From: Macrostomum lignano
Taxonomy: Eukaryota
NCBI GenBank assembly: GCA_002269645.1
Contig: NIVC01003726.1
Span: 1 to 64,000 of the forward strand
Direction: 5' to 3'
DNA length: 64,000 nucleotides
Shown in pieces: positions 13,064 through 25,900 of the stretch (its first letter is position 1; every line of letters begins with the position of its first letter). The notes under the pieces were generated by a model that saw only the letters and a program-made list of their open reading frames with translations, ran no database searches and was not told the origin of the DNA. Position numbers and translations under genes: made by a program.

Positions 13064-13135
13064 GCGATTGTGGTGTAACGGTTAGCATGGATGCCTTCCA
13101 AGCATTCGACCCGGGTTCGACTCCCGGCAATCGCA
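13064..13135 (+). tRNA. tRNA-Gly(TCC): tRNA-Gly, anticodon TCC
   Basis: 72-nt cloverleaf: acceptor stem GCGATTG/CAATCGC, D arm, anticodon stem GATGC/GCATT with loop CTTCCAA, T arm CCGGG-TTCGACT-CCCGG, discriminator A. Confidence 0.97.
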
Positions 13136-13137
13136 AC

Positions 13138-13142
13138 TTTTT
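13138..13142 (+). terminator. RNA polymerase III oligo-dT terminator of tRNA-Gly
   Basis: TTTTT 3 nt downstream of the tRNA 3' end. Confidence 0.75.
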
Positions 13143-13742
13143 ACACTTCTATGAAACTCTGAAACTGAACAGAAATTTTTTTTTAATTCCTTAAATTATG
13201 CAGCATATTGTTATAGAAATTATATTTAAGCCTTTATACACCAGATTCAACGTAATTCTATTTTGGATATGGAAATTGCATCATATAGTTAGAAGTTATT
13301 TACACAACACAACATATCGGCAAATTTGTTCTTGTATCAGAGAAAATTTAAATTATTATATTTAATATTACACTATTACAACTGTATATTTCTGGTCATG
13401 CTAATTTATAAATTCTCAATTTGCTCAAATAATTAGATAATTACGTTTACAATGTAATAAGCTGCATAAGTTATAAATTGTGATTGTTTAAAAAAAACTA
13501 CAATTACAATAATTGAGATATGAGGCAGGGACAACTAAAACCCTCGGGACGCGAAACGAGCCAATTCATGGCAAAAAATCTGAGGGGCTCGCTCAAAAGT
13601 ATTGTTCTATGGCTTTTTCAAGTCCTCTCTGCTATCAAGCAAATTAAAATTGCATTGCATTGCATTAATTAAAATTAAAATTGCCAGCAGTGAAGCTAAG
13701 CTGAACTAAATCAAGAGAAGCATTTTTTATTCACTTGATGAA

Positions 13743-15006
13743 ATGCCAAGAAAGTGCAGCGTATTTCCGTGCTCGTCAAATTACAACTCTGAAGCCGTTC
13801 GAACACGGACATTTGCGTTTCCCAGAGATCCACAGGAGCGAGAGCGATGGAGAAAGGCGCTGCCAAATATTTTCCAGGTAAGAAACCAGATCATTTGCTG
13901 TCATTACTGCTGCATAATTCCGCTTCAATTCTGCATGCCAGTCTCGTCCAAACAACTTGAAACCCAAAATTTATTATTTTAGAGAGTGACTGACAATATG
14001 GGCGTGTGCGTAAAGCATTGGCCAAGCGATGCTCCAATGGTCAAGAAAAACTCTACCGAAAGGCCAATTAATCCTTCTGTTTTTAATGGAGTTCCTAGCT
14101 CGTGTTTTGTTCAGAACCAAGGTACGTAACTTAAAGATTGCTCAACACTTAGCGTCTATATCGATTTTGCCGCTCACAATTATCTTACTTTTATTTTTAC
14201 TCTTATTTTAGACCAGGACCGACAGGCCGAAAAGCGCGGTGTTCTTTCTGACGCGAGGTGCGGCGACATCGATGAGATGGACGCTTTTCAGCTGCTTGAT
14301 TTTTTGCCGGCATGGGAAAGTTTTCGAGCTGAGGTGAAAAATTCGGATGTCGTATCTCGACATGCACTGAACACAGCTATTCTGAACGAAGACGTTTACT
14401 TGTTTACGTTAGATAAAGATGGAGACCTGTCTGTTCGAATTTTTGTCTCACCCAACTTTCTGATTCGTGCATTCAAACTGCATACACCGACTTCGGTTCG
14501 AGACTTGTTGGGATTTCAACCGACACTCAAGCGCTGGATGCTGTTGTCGTGCGGTGCAAAAATTCCGACGCCAATCCCCAACGTGAAGTCGAAGCGTTTG
14601 TTAGTAGAATCAGTGATGATATAGATTCTGACTCTGATTTGGATCCGTCGCTTCAGTTTTTGATTCGACAACTTAGCCTTACATTAGTAAATCGGAACAA
14701 TCGCCGCTATGACATTTCACTAGTGCGACAGTCAGCATTGCTCTACTTGATCAGTAGTTCGGCTTAATCTTACCTACGGAAGCTATTGCCATTGCCTCAT
14801 CCCCGAACGCTGCAGCTGCAACTAGCAGGTACAGGAGAAGTTGGCACAGAAACCGACGCAGCCGATGTGATCCAGTCAGTTTTTGCCAGTCTATCAGGAG
14901 CTCAGCGAAACTGCGTAATTATGTTTGACGAAATGTACATACAACCGTCCGTTCGATATCGATGCCGTCACCTTCTGGGTCGAGCCGTCGACGATCCGGA
15001 CCAGGT
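13743..15006 (+). pseudogene. THAP-domain P-element-type transposase, inactivated and truncated
   Basis: Exons 13743-13877, 13983-14121 and 14212 onward rebuild a THAP finger (MPRKCSVFPC...FPRD...W...VCVKHW). This is followed by a frameshift near 14538, an in-frame TAA at 14765-14767 within SSSA(Y)SYLRKLLPLPHPRTLQ, and the first catalytic motif NCVIMFDEMYI. The rest of the catalytic domain was not found. Confidence 0.88.
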
Positions 15007-15187
15007 TCCTTTATGTACGAGCTACTGACTGTTTGTGTCGTCTTGTCCTTGGAGTTCCGTATTTGCTTCTATCTCCTTGCCGTTGGAGTTTTTTTGTTGA
15101 TATGGCGGTTACTTTATTTTAGATACATTGTAATTATATCACTGGTTCCTATTCTTTAAATTAAATACTCGACATTGCCTCGCTTTA

Positions 15188-15973
15188 CTATACCTTTTCC
15201 ACTCCAAGTCCGTCACAAGCAACTTCAAATCCGCCGCAGATAGCAGAAAGGCATACATTCAGCTCGCAAGCCGAGCGCCAACTTAACAGTCTATGGTTAA
15301 AGCTCAGATCAATTCTGTCAAAAGTAATTTCAAATCTGTCCACTGAACAGATAACGAAACAAAGGTTTATTTTGAACAGTGCTCTCAAATTAAAGCAGCA
15401 AATTCTGTAATTCACTATGCTAACATGTCTGCTACAGTCAATCAGTTGCATAGATATTTCAAACAAAAATATCGCGACGATCCAAGCAGGCCTGTCCGTA
15501 ACTCAACGTGTGCAGGTGCCATCGTGGGCAGTGGTCATGTGTCAGATGAGGCATGCTGGCATGCAATTCGCGAATCAGAATGCTGCCTGTCTATTAAGCA
15601 TATTCTTGCATAGGGCATGGGTGGGTAAGGCAAGAAAAAATTGTTGTGAACTCGCGTTGCTGTCAACATATATATCTCTGACAGATTTGAACTTACTTGT
15701 GACAGAATTTATATATAAGATTGCCATAGACGAATAAGTTTCACTGTTAAAATCTGGGTCTGTCTATAAAGAAGTTTTCTAGTCTTCACTGCTTTGGTTC
15801 CAACTCCCTATCTGTTCAGTGGACAGATTTGAAGTTACTTTGACAGAATTGATCTGAGCTTTAACCATAGACTATTAAGTTGGCGCTCGGCTTGCGAGCT
15901 GAATGTATGCCTTTCTGCTATCTACGGCAGATTTGAAGTTACTTGTGACAGAATTGGAGTGGAAAAGGTATAG
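15188..15973. mobile_element. Nested non-autonomous DNA element (MITE-like) with about 165-bp TIRs and 3-bp TTA TSD
   Basis: Inverted arms 15188-15353 and 15809-15973 (CTATACCTTTTCCACTCC... / ...GGAGTGGAAAAGGTATAG), TTA on both sides (15185-15187, 15974-15976), and subterminal repeats GACAGATTTGAAGTTACTT. Confidence 0.8.
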
Positions 15974-16922
15974 TTAATCTAACCGTTAATGCCTGATAGC
16001 AGAGAAGACCCGAAAAAGCCATAGAACAACACTTTCAAGCGAGCCCCTCAGATTTTTTGCCATGAATTGGCTCGTTTCGCGTCCCGAGGGTTTTAGTTGT
16101 CCCTGATATGAGGAAATATAAATATCTCAAATAAAAATAAATATCTGATTAAAAGGGCTTGTTAAAGCTGCGCTGATGAATGCAAAAAATTAAGATAGTA
16201 GTAAAAAATTCTTCCTGATGAAATAATTGGTCGGGTGAATTTTCCAATTATCTGTGCACATCAGTGATAACGCACGCTCCACTTGCGCTACTAACAGTAG
16301 GCAGTTAAGTAAGCGAAAAAATACTTCGGTGAGAAATAGCTCAGATCATGCGAAAAGCTGGGAAAAATCCAACCCCACCAAAAAAGCATGGATAATTAAA
16401 TTAGAGGGACGATATAATAAAAAAAGTAAAGTTATTTTCACTGTAGGCCAGTTTTCGCTGCAAAAAACTCATAAAGTAATTTTTCTGTTTTATGGCTACG
16501 ATCTAAATTAACAAATGTCTCACTTTTACTTCCTCCGAATTTCAAATCGAGAAATTAATGAGTTATTTTGCCCACGATTAATTTTCCATTTCGATAATCT
16601 TAAAAAAGCTTCTATATTTTATTAAAGACCAAACTTACCAAAAACACAGGCTTTTTCATACTTTGAAGTATGGTGTTACCATAGACAGGACTTAGTCGAC
16701 AGAGAGTGGTACATGCCTGACGATTAGGAAGTCAAAGGGTCAAGCTGTGCACCCTGTGTGAGCGTGTGTATGAGTGCGTGCCGCGTATGTGCTCAAGAGC
16801 CAGCGTGCTGTGGGATCGGGACCATGTCGCCGAAGGCGTTGCGCCAGGGTGAGCACAGCCTTGAGAATATGAATTTTGCATATGCATATGAAAACTGGGC
16901 CTTTGGTGCAAATTAGCGCTCG

Positions 16923-19900
16923 TTAGTTGACGCGCCGCGCTGTCGCGGTCTGAACTCGGCGCCTGTTGAACTCGTGCGCGTGCAGCAACTCCGAGTCGTA
17001 GTAGGCGGCCTTCAATTCGCGTATCTTCGATTCGATTTTCTCCTCCCATTCGGCCTCGCTGGCTACGTATTGCTGCTCAGGATCGGCCAGGTCGCGTTTG
17101 AAAGCGTCGCGGATTAGCAGGGCGGCCGGGGTGGCGGCTACGGCGGATGCGGTGGCGGCTTCGCTTTGATCTGCCAGCCCGCCACCGCCGACGCTGATGA
17201 GGCCGCCATCCTTGGCCCGCTTGTTGCGCCAGGCCTGCCAGATTCCGATCCGGCCGTCCCAGCTGGCCGTCACGTACTGCGGGCGGTTTTTTATGCATTA
17301 ATTTATGTCTACTTTCGATACATATCGGTAATTTGTAACTAGTATTATTGGCGGCTTGTGAAATGCAGCTGTTCAGCATTTTAGCAGCTATCGTTCAGGA
17401 ATGTACTTCTCATTTAATTCTTGACGTTCCATGTATTCCGTTCATGGACTACTAATTTCGGTTTGAGCTCGAACCCTGGACCCTTGGCACACGTGTGCGA
17501 CGCGACGTACCGCTCTGCTACGGAGATGACTTTAAATGGCTGATTTCTGATTATCAGAATGCAGTAAAATGAATTCTATATCTATGGTGCAACAAAATTA
17601 TAAATACAATCTGTGTTTAGACGAAATACCATGATTGGTAGAACAGGTGTTTAAAAATCAACAAAAACTTTGTCTAGATCGAGAAAAAATGCCTACCCTG
17701 ATCGAGTAAACTATTGTGTTCGAAAATTCAAAAGGATTTGAGAGAATCAAGTCCAACACTACCTGGCTACCTTTGCATTACTTAATTTATTAAAAAAACA
17801 ACTGAACTAGAGTGGACATGGCTACGTACATCTATTAAAATTATGACTGCATTTACCACATCGTAAATATCTTGCAGCGCTGCTTGCAAGCCAATCTGAA
17901 TAGAATGATTCCGGAGATAAACCATGATAGTCAGTCATGTAAATGTCAATATACAGAGCCAAAACTGCCGAAATCGAAGGGTTCAACGTAGCTGAGTGGA
18001 TCATAGGGTTTCATTAGCGTTTGGAAGGTACGTGGGTTCGAATCCACCATGGTGAAAATCCCCATTATGGCCATTAGGAATGGTGGCAACCCCAGGAATG
18101 ATGGCAACCCCCACCAGGAATGGTGGCAACCCCCACCAGGAATGGTGGCAACCCCAGGAATGATGGCAACCCCCACCAGGAATGGTGGCAACCCCCATCA
18201 AGAATGGTGGCAACCCCATCAGGAATGGTGGCAACCCCATCTGGAATGATGGCAACCCCCAGCAGGAATGATGGCAACCCCCATCTGGAATTGTGGCAAC
18301 CTCCATTTGGAATGGTGGAAAAACAAAAATTATTGAAAATTCAGAGAGTGCCATATTAAAATTAGATTTCCCAACAGCTTAAAATTTGAAAATTGGAACG
18401 GAACTCACATGCCGATTGTCGGGAATGTGGATGATCGATCGGATTGAATCGAAATGGCCGTCGTTCTTCTGTACCAGGTCGAAATTATCCGGCTCGAAAA
18501 CCCTGGTGAAACGGGTAATGCTTGTTGAAAATTTTTTTATTTAAAAAGACAAGGGACAACATTTCTCTATCATAACAGAGTAAAGTCTAAACTTCTCTCA
18601 TACTCAAATTAAAGTGCAGTCTAAGACTTTTAAATTATAAACACCAAAGTTTAAACGAATTCTCTAAAAATACAATGTAATAACGCGCCCCAACCCCAAT
18701 CATTCTAAAATTCAATGTACACACGCGCCCCAACCCCAATCATTCTAAAATTCAATGTACACACGCGCCCCAACCCCAATCATTCTAAAATTCAATGTAC
18801 ACACGCGCCCCAACCCCAATCATTCTAAAATTCAATGTACACACGCGCTTCAACCCCAATCTTTCATTAGGACTATGTACACACGCTCCCCATTTTTTTA
18901 TTAGAGGCAGGGGGGTTGTGTGCACCCTTGCGCACTTTAAGCGACATAGGCACACAACCGGCGAGAGGCATTACTGCCCATTCCGCCAACTTCCCCTGAG
19001 CAGGCACACAAGCGCGCGGATACGTACGCAGGCACACACTCACACAGGAGTGTACAGCGGCCCTAACTTTATTTTATCGTTAGGCATGTACACTTCACTG
19101 CGCCTTGGGGGGGTAGGCTCTCAAGGCCGTTAATTGAACGAGCAGAGCCAAGCCGAGATTCCAATTCAGCCCCAAATTAATGTGACTGCACTTGGAATCG
19201 AGCCTGGGCCGCTGGCACACCAGAGCCTGCGCTAGACCGCTGGGCTACGGCCCCCCCCCCCACACGCGCCCCAACTCCAATCCTTCATTAGGACAATGTA
19301 CACACGCGCCCCAACCCCAATCATTCATTAGGACAATGTACACACGCGCCCCAACCCCTATCATTCAATAGGACAATGTACGCACGCACCCCAACTCCAA
19401 TCATTCATTAGGACAATGTACGCACGCACCCCAACTCCAATCATTCAATATGACAATGTACACACGCGCCCAACCCCAATCATTCAATAGGACAATGTAC
19501 GCACGCACCCCAAACCGTTGTAGGAGACTTACTTCAGCGAATTTTCAACCGCCACGACAAGCGCATTGCTGACGCTGTCAATGCAGACACACTGCACCGG
19601 ACCCCCAGCGTTTAAGGACAAAATGCAGTCGTTCACGCCGCCGGAATCCTTAAAAATGAATTGATTTGCATTCTAGCCTACTTTCAGTATCGAAAACTGC
19701 ATGTTTGCTACTTATTTAATATTCTCAGAAAATAGTCGAAAGTCAAAGTGCTGAAAAAATGAAACAATAACATGAAATAATAAAAGCAAAAATAATGACT
19801 ACGAGCTCAAATTTAAGGCTTGAGAAAGCTTAAATGAGAGTGCTCATCAACAAATGTAACATGAAGCATGAAGCACCTAGGAACTACATATAAGTGTTCT

Positions 19901-22900
19901 GATTAAATACGTTTGTGATACACGACGTGCGATGATAAAACAACGCTTGCCTCCAATGTCGAATCGTCGGAAAGTCTCTGTTTTTATATAAATTGAGCCA
20001 GTTATTGATTTAATATTTATTATTTACTACTAACAAAAAGTAGCTGAAAAATCCTCACCCAGAGCTTGATCGACCGATCCTCCGACGCGGTCACCCAGCA
20101 GTTCTTCTTGGCCCACCATTTAACACAGTTGACATCCGCTGTGTGACCCTGCAGAGTTCCGAGGAGCACCAACTGGGAGCCGACCGGGCTGAAGCGACGG
20201 ATGTACACCAGATTGTCGGCACTGCTCAGCGCCAACTCGTTTCTAGAAAAAAATCGGGAACTTAGATTAAATTCTGGCAAAGTGTACATGCAAACTTGTC
20301 CACCTCACTCCGAGAACCATAAGCTACAGCGATGGCTCTGTACGCAAGAGACGACCCCATCCATAGGCTAGCAATGTACACACGCGACACCCACCTTACT
20401 CCGAGAACCATAGACTACTACAGCGATGGCTCTGTACGCAAGAGACCACCCCCATCCATAGGCTAGCAATGTTCGCACGCGACAGCCACCTCACTGCGAG
20501 AACTATGAACTACAAACCGTACACTAAAAACAGTCAGCTAACCTTTCCGGAGAGTAGCACATGTCCAAGATGGCATCATCCGCCGCCAACTCTCGCTCCT
20601 CCCACAGCTTCGAATCCACGTTTCGAAAGACGTCTACCAGGCTTAAAAAAGTGTTTAAACGAAGTAAGTATAGATAATTTTTTAAAGATTCGAATGCTAA
20701 AAATTACTGAATATCAGCATCATATACTTACTCTCCAGTCTCCAGATTCCAAATGCAGATCCTCTGATCCCAGCCGGATGTGACCAGATATAGACAGGAA
20801 TTTTCGTCCCGCTTAGGGATGATGGCGAAACATGTGACTACTCCGTTGTGCTCGACCAGCACGTGGCGACACTTGTAGCCGGCCACTCGCTTCGTCACCT
20901 GGTCGTCCATCTGAGAAAATGAAATGAAGCTCAAAGTAAAACTCAAAACCAAACCGACTGCATCCAACAAAAAGAAAATGTTTTCTTTTTGCTTGTCAAA
21001 TTTTTAGTGCCATAATTTGGCAATTCAGCTCACCTCGCTTGTCGATTCAATGGAGGCCGCGTCGCTATTCGAACTGTCTTTGTAGCTGGCCTCCTCGGGC
21101 GCCATGCTCACAAGCACGCCGAATGCTTTCTCGTCGAATCCAATCACGTCTGGAAAAATTTTAAAGATTGAAATATCGTCTCTGAATATTTTAGCGGGCC
21201 TTGGTGATGTCTTCAGTCAGGAAAAATTTCTTTGCCCGCCATGCAAATTTTTCGTGTCACATTCGATAATTTCTACTTGTCAGTAGACGAACCCGAAATT
21301 AATTAGTGTGAAAAAATTTTAAAAGCACTCTGAAACTCACAGACATTGGAGTCTTCGCATGCCGCTACCAGGACGTCGAGTTCTTCAACAAATTCGAGCT
21401 TTCGAAAGCCCATGGAGTGAACATTTTTCTTCTTCTCCTAGAGGGAATGAGGAATTTCAAAATCTACAGCTACCCAATCTGATCTACAGCTACCCAATCT
21501 GATCTACAGCTACCCAAGACATCTACAGCTACCCAATCTGATCTACAGCTACCCAATCTGGTCTATAGCTACCCAATCTGATCTACAGCTACCCAATCTG
21601 GTCTACAGCTACCCAATCTGATCTACAGCTACCCAATCTGATCTACAGCTACCCAAGACATCTACAGCTACCCAATCTGATCTACAGCTACCCAATCTGG
21701 TCTATAGCTACCCAACCTGATCTACCGCTACCCAATCTGATCTACAGCTACCCAACCAGATCTACAGCTACCCAATCTGATCTACAGCTACCCAATCTGA
21801 TCTACAGCTACCCAAGACATCTACAGCTACCCAATCTGATCTACAGCTACCCAATCTGGTCTATAGCTACCCAATCTGATCTACAGCTACCCAATCTGGT
21901 CTACAGCTACCCAATCTGATCTACAGCTACCCAAGACATCTACAGCTACCCAATCTGATCTACAGCTACCCAAGACATCTACAGCTACCCAATCTGATCT
22001 ACAGCTACCCAATCTGGTCTATAGCTACCCAACCTGATCTACCGCTACCCAATCTGATCTACAGCTACCCAACCAGATCTACAGCTACCCAATCTGATCT
22101 ACAGCTACCCAATCTGATCTACAGCTACCCAAGACATCTGCAGCTACCCAATCTGATCTACAGCTACCCAATCTGATCTACAGCTACCCAATCTGGTCTA
22201 CAGCTACCCAACCTGATCTACCGCTACCCAATCTGATCTACAGCTACCCAATCTGATCTACAGCTACCCAATACAAACTACAGCTACCCAATACAATCTA
22301 CAGCCACCCAAGACAATCTACTACAGCTACCCAATACAAACTACAGCTACCCAATACAATCTACAGCTACCCAATACAATCTACAGCTACCCAATACAAT
22401 CTACAGCTACCCAATACAATCTACAGCTACCCAATACAATCTACAGCTACCCAATACAAACTACAGCTACCCAATACAAACTACAGCTACCCAATACAAT
22501 CTACAGCTACCCAATACAATCTACAGCTACCCAATACAATCTACAGCTACCCAATACAATCTACAGCTACCCAAGACAATCTACAGCTACCCAATACAAT
22601 CTACAGCTGCCCAATACAGTCTACAGCTACCCAATACAATCTACAGCTACCCAATACAATCTACAGCTACCCAATACAATCCAACCAGCTAGCTCAATCC
22701 AATCTAGTCACTGAATTTGCGTATCAAGTTGAAATTTTAAAGTGCAAGCAAACTTCTCTCCATCAGCTTCAATTGCCTTTTACTAAAGATTCAGTTTGAC
22801 TCACCTGGCCATCCTTCTTTGCTCGCTTGCCTTCTCTCTTTTGTTCTTGAAGAAGTCTAAAAGTATTAAGCTTCATATAGTCGCAAGAAACTACTTGGAG

Positions 22901-25900
22901 TAGTGTTATAAAAGAGTTTTTACAAAATAATTTTTGTTCCAACTCACTGCTGAGGACTTTTCTTTAGCTGGGCCATTCGCCTGCGGGCAATCTTCTTTTG
23001 CAGCATCTTCTCCATCGATTCTGAAGCTCTTAAAGACTCCTTGCTGGAGAAGGAATTAGCGAATTTTGAGTAGCTTCATTCGCTGGTTGCAAAACAGCGT
23101 CATTTATTGTCTTAAGTTTTGAATTTAATAAATAGTTTGATATACTTTTCAAAATTTATTTTGTAGCAGATAAAGAAGTTTACATATTACTTTCCAGCAT
23201 TTAAAGGTTCATTACAAGCAATTAAAACAAGGAAAGAATTAATTCAGGACAGAGAGTTTCAATCAAGAATAGTTTCTATAAAAATTGAACAGAGGTTATT
23301 TTTTAACAGCTCGAAATGTTGTGATTTTCACCCAACAAACGGCCGTGATTGTTAAATTATTTGTTTAAATGCACATTGCCGGATTTGTTTTCAAATTAGC
23401 AAACCTTTTTTTCTAGGAAAGAGAAAATCATTTTTTCTGTTGGGATAAAAATGCAGTTGAAAAAAATTTGAACTGAATTTATTGCAATTGAAAGAGCTCG
23501 TAGAATACTTAAAGGGTACACTACTAACTAGTAGGATTGTAAGTAGTACAGTCGTGCAAATTCTTTCTTTCGCGATGAATCACGGTTGGAAAAATTAAGC
23601 GGTCTATGATTCACTTCTTAAACAGACTAGCTTTTAGTTCGAGCTAATTTCAAACTTTACCGAGTCTGCATGGCAAGTCCAATTAATTTCGATTGCTGAG
23701 CAATCGCTGAGCTCCTTTTAAAAAACAGGTGCAAACAAGGAGATAAAAAACAATTGTATCTTTAGAAAATAACTTCAGCAAAGTATCATTGTGTGCAACA
23801 ACCAATTTTCACGAGCAGTTCAGGAATTTATCATTTTAGAAAAAGTACGTGTGCTTACTGCTCATCTTTGTGTGCAATCGAAAGATCAATTAAATCAAAA
23901 AGAAGACTTCAATAAAACAATAAAGAAGTTTCCTCTCGAAATAAAAAAATGGTATGGAGCAGTAAAAAATCATCAGACCTCCGCGAACTGTTCGTACAAA
24001 TCCTGCAGGAGTCCGCTAAAAACAATAAAATCAAGTTGAATAGAAATGGCAAACTGGCTAATGTGTGGACCTCGAAAATTTTTGTTCATAAATTTATCCT
24101 TTGGTAGATAGGCCGCGCATAAACATTAAGCTCACCCATCTCACGCCCCAGTCGGATAAGTACACACCGCCCACCTCACTCCCCCAGTCGGATAAGTGCA
24201 CACCGCCCACCTCACTCCCCAGTCCTATAAGTGCACACCGCCCACCTCACTCCCCAGTTGGATAAGTACACACCCATCCACCTCACTCCCCCAGTTGGAT
24301 AAGTACACACCCACCCACCCCACTCCCCCAGTCGGATAAGTACACACCGCCCACCTCACTCCCCAGTCCGATAAGCACACACTCCCTACACACCACCCAG
24401 CATACCTGAAAGCGAAGGCGTTGGTCTGTTTCCGCTCCCATTTGACAATGTCGCCCTGCTGATCAGTTGAGAAAATCAAAATCGGCGCTTTATTGGCTGA
24501 AAAATACAAAAAAATCAAGCAAAGATCAGTTTGTTGGAATCCATTGCTCTCTATCAATTACTCATATATCAAGTCAGAATTCTCACTATATGTCAGGCAG
24601 TCGATTGGGGTCTCGGTAAAGAAGGTTGTAACGCAACCGCTTTGGGAATATTTCCACACAACCAGATTTCGGCGATTAGTTGATCCTGAAACCAATCGGA
24701 TAAAAATGGGCAAGTTTTTAGGCAAGGTTATACATTAGTGCGGAGAGAGACAGGGAGAGAGACAGGGAGAGAGACAGGGAGAGAGACTGGGAGAGAGACA
24801 GGAAGAGAGGCAGGGAGAGAGACTGGGAGAGAGACTGGGAGAGAGACAGGGAGAAAGAGAGGGAGAGAGACAGGGAGAGAGGCTGGGAGAGAGACAGGGA
24901 GAGAGACATGGAAAAAGAGAGGGAGAGAGACAGGGAGAGAGACAGGGAGAGAGACAGGGAGAGAGACAGGGAGAGAGACATGGAAAAAGAGAGGGAGAGA
25001 GACAGGGAGAGAGACAGGGAGAGAGACAGGGAGAGAGACAGGGAGAGAGACAGGGAGAGAGACAGGGAGAGAGACAGGGAGAGAGACGGGGAGAGAGACA
25101 GGAAGAGAGGCAGGGAGAGAGACGGGGAGAGAGACAGGGAGAGAGACAGGGAGAGAGACAGGGAGAGAGACAGGGAGGCAGGGAAAGAGGCAGGGAAAGA
25201 GGCAGGGAGAGAGGCAGATAGAGATTCGGGGCAGTCAGAGAAGCAGCTCACCGAACACCAGGTGCTGGTCAGCCGAGTAGGCCAGCAGCTGCAGTGTGTA
25301 CTTCCTAGCTGTCTCAACTTCATCGTCTTCCTTGGCCAGAAAAGTATCGCAAAATTCGGACACATTCTCTCCGGATTTTGGCTCGTAAATAAAAGCAAAG
25401 TGGTAACCAGCCGCCACCCAGATTGTCTTGTTGCGGGCAATGAAACAGATGCCTGTAGTGCAGCGATTGGCAGCGTTTCATGATTTTGTATTTAATTTTT
25501 TAAAGTACGCATCCAACCACCCCACTCCCCCTATCAGATAAGTACGCACCCACCCACCCCACTCCCCAGCCAGATAAGTACGCACCCACCCACCCCACTC
25601 CCCTGCCAGATAAGTGCCCACCCGCCCACCTCACTGACCATAATCAAATAAGCAAACCATCTCACCAGTCACGGGGCTTGCAAAGTCGTCCAGCCTGTGC
25701 ACCAGTTTGCCATCAGTTGTCCAAACTTTCACGCACTTGTCGAAGGCGCTAGTGATCAGCCAGCTGTTGTGCTCGGCGTCCTGCGCCACTATCAGATTGT
25801 TGAGGCCGGCCTCGTGCGCGCGGCGAACGCTGATGGGCGTCATCTCTCGGACCCCGTGATATCCGGACTCGTAGATAATCAATCGCTGATCAAATCCGCC

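Larger units (their letters stand above)
13526..16105 (+). mobile_element. P-element-superfamily (THAP) DNA transposon, internally deleted, 2580 bp
   Basis: About 115-bp TIRs (13526-13640 and 15991-16105, starting CAGGGACAACTAAAACCCTCGGG), perfect 8-bp TSD ATATGAGG (13518-13525 and 16106-16113), and a THAP-transposase remnant inside. Confidence 0.93.
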
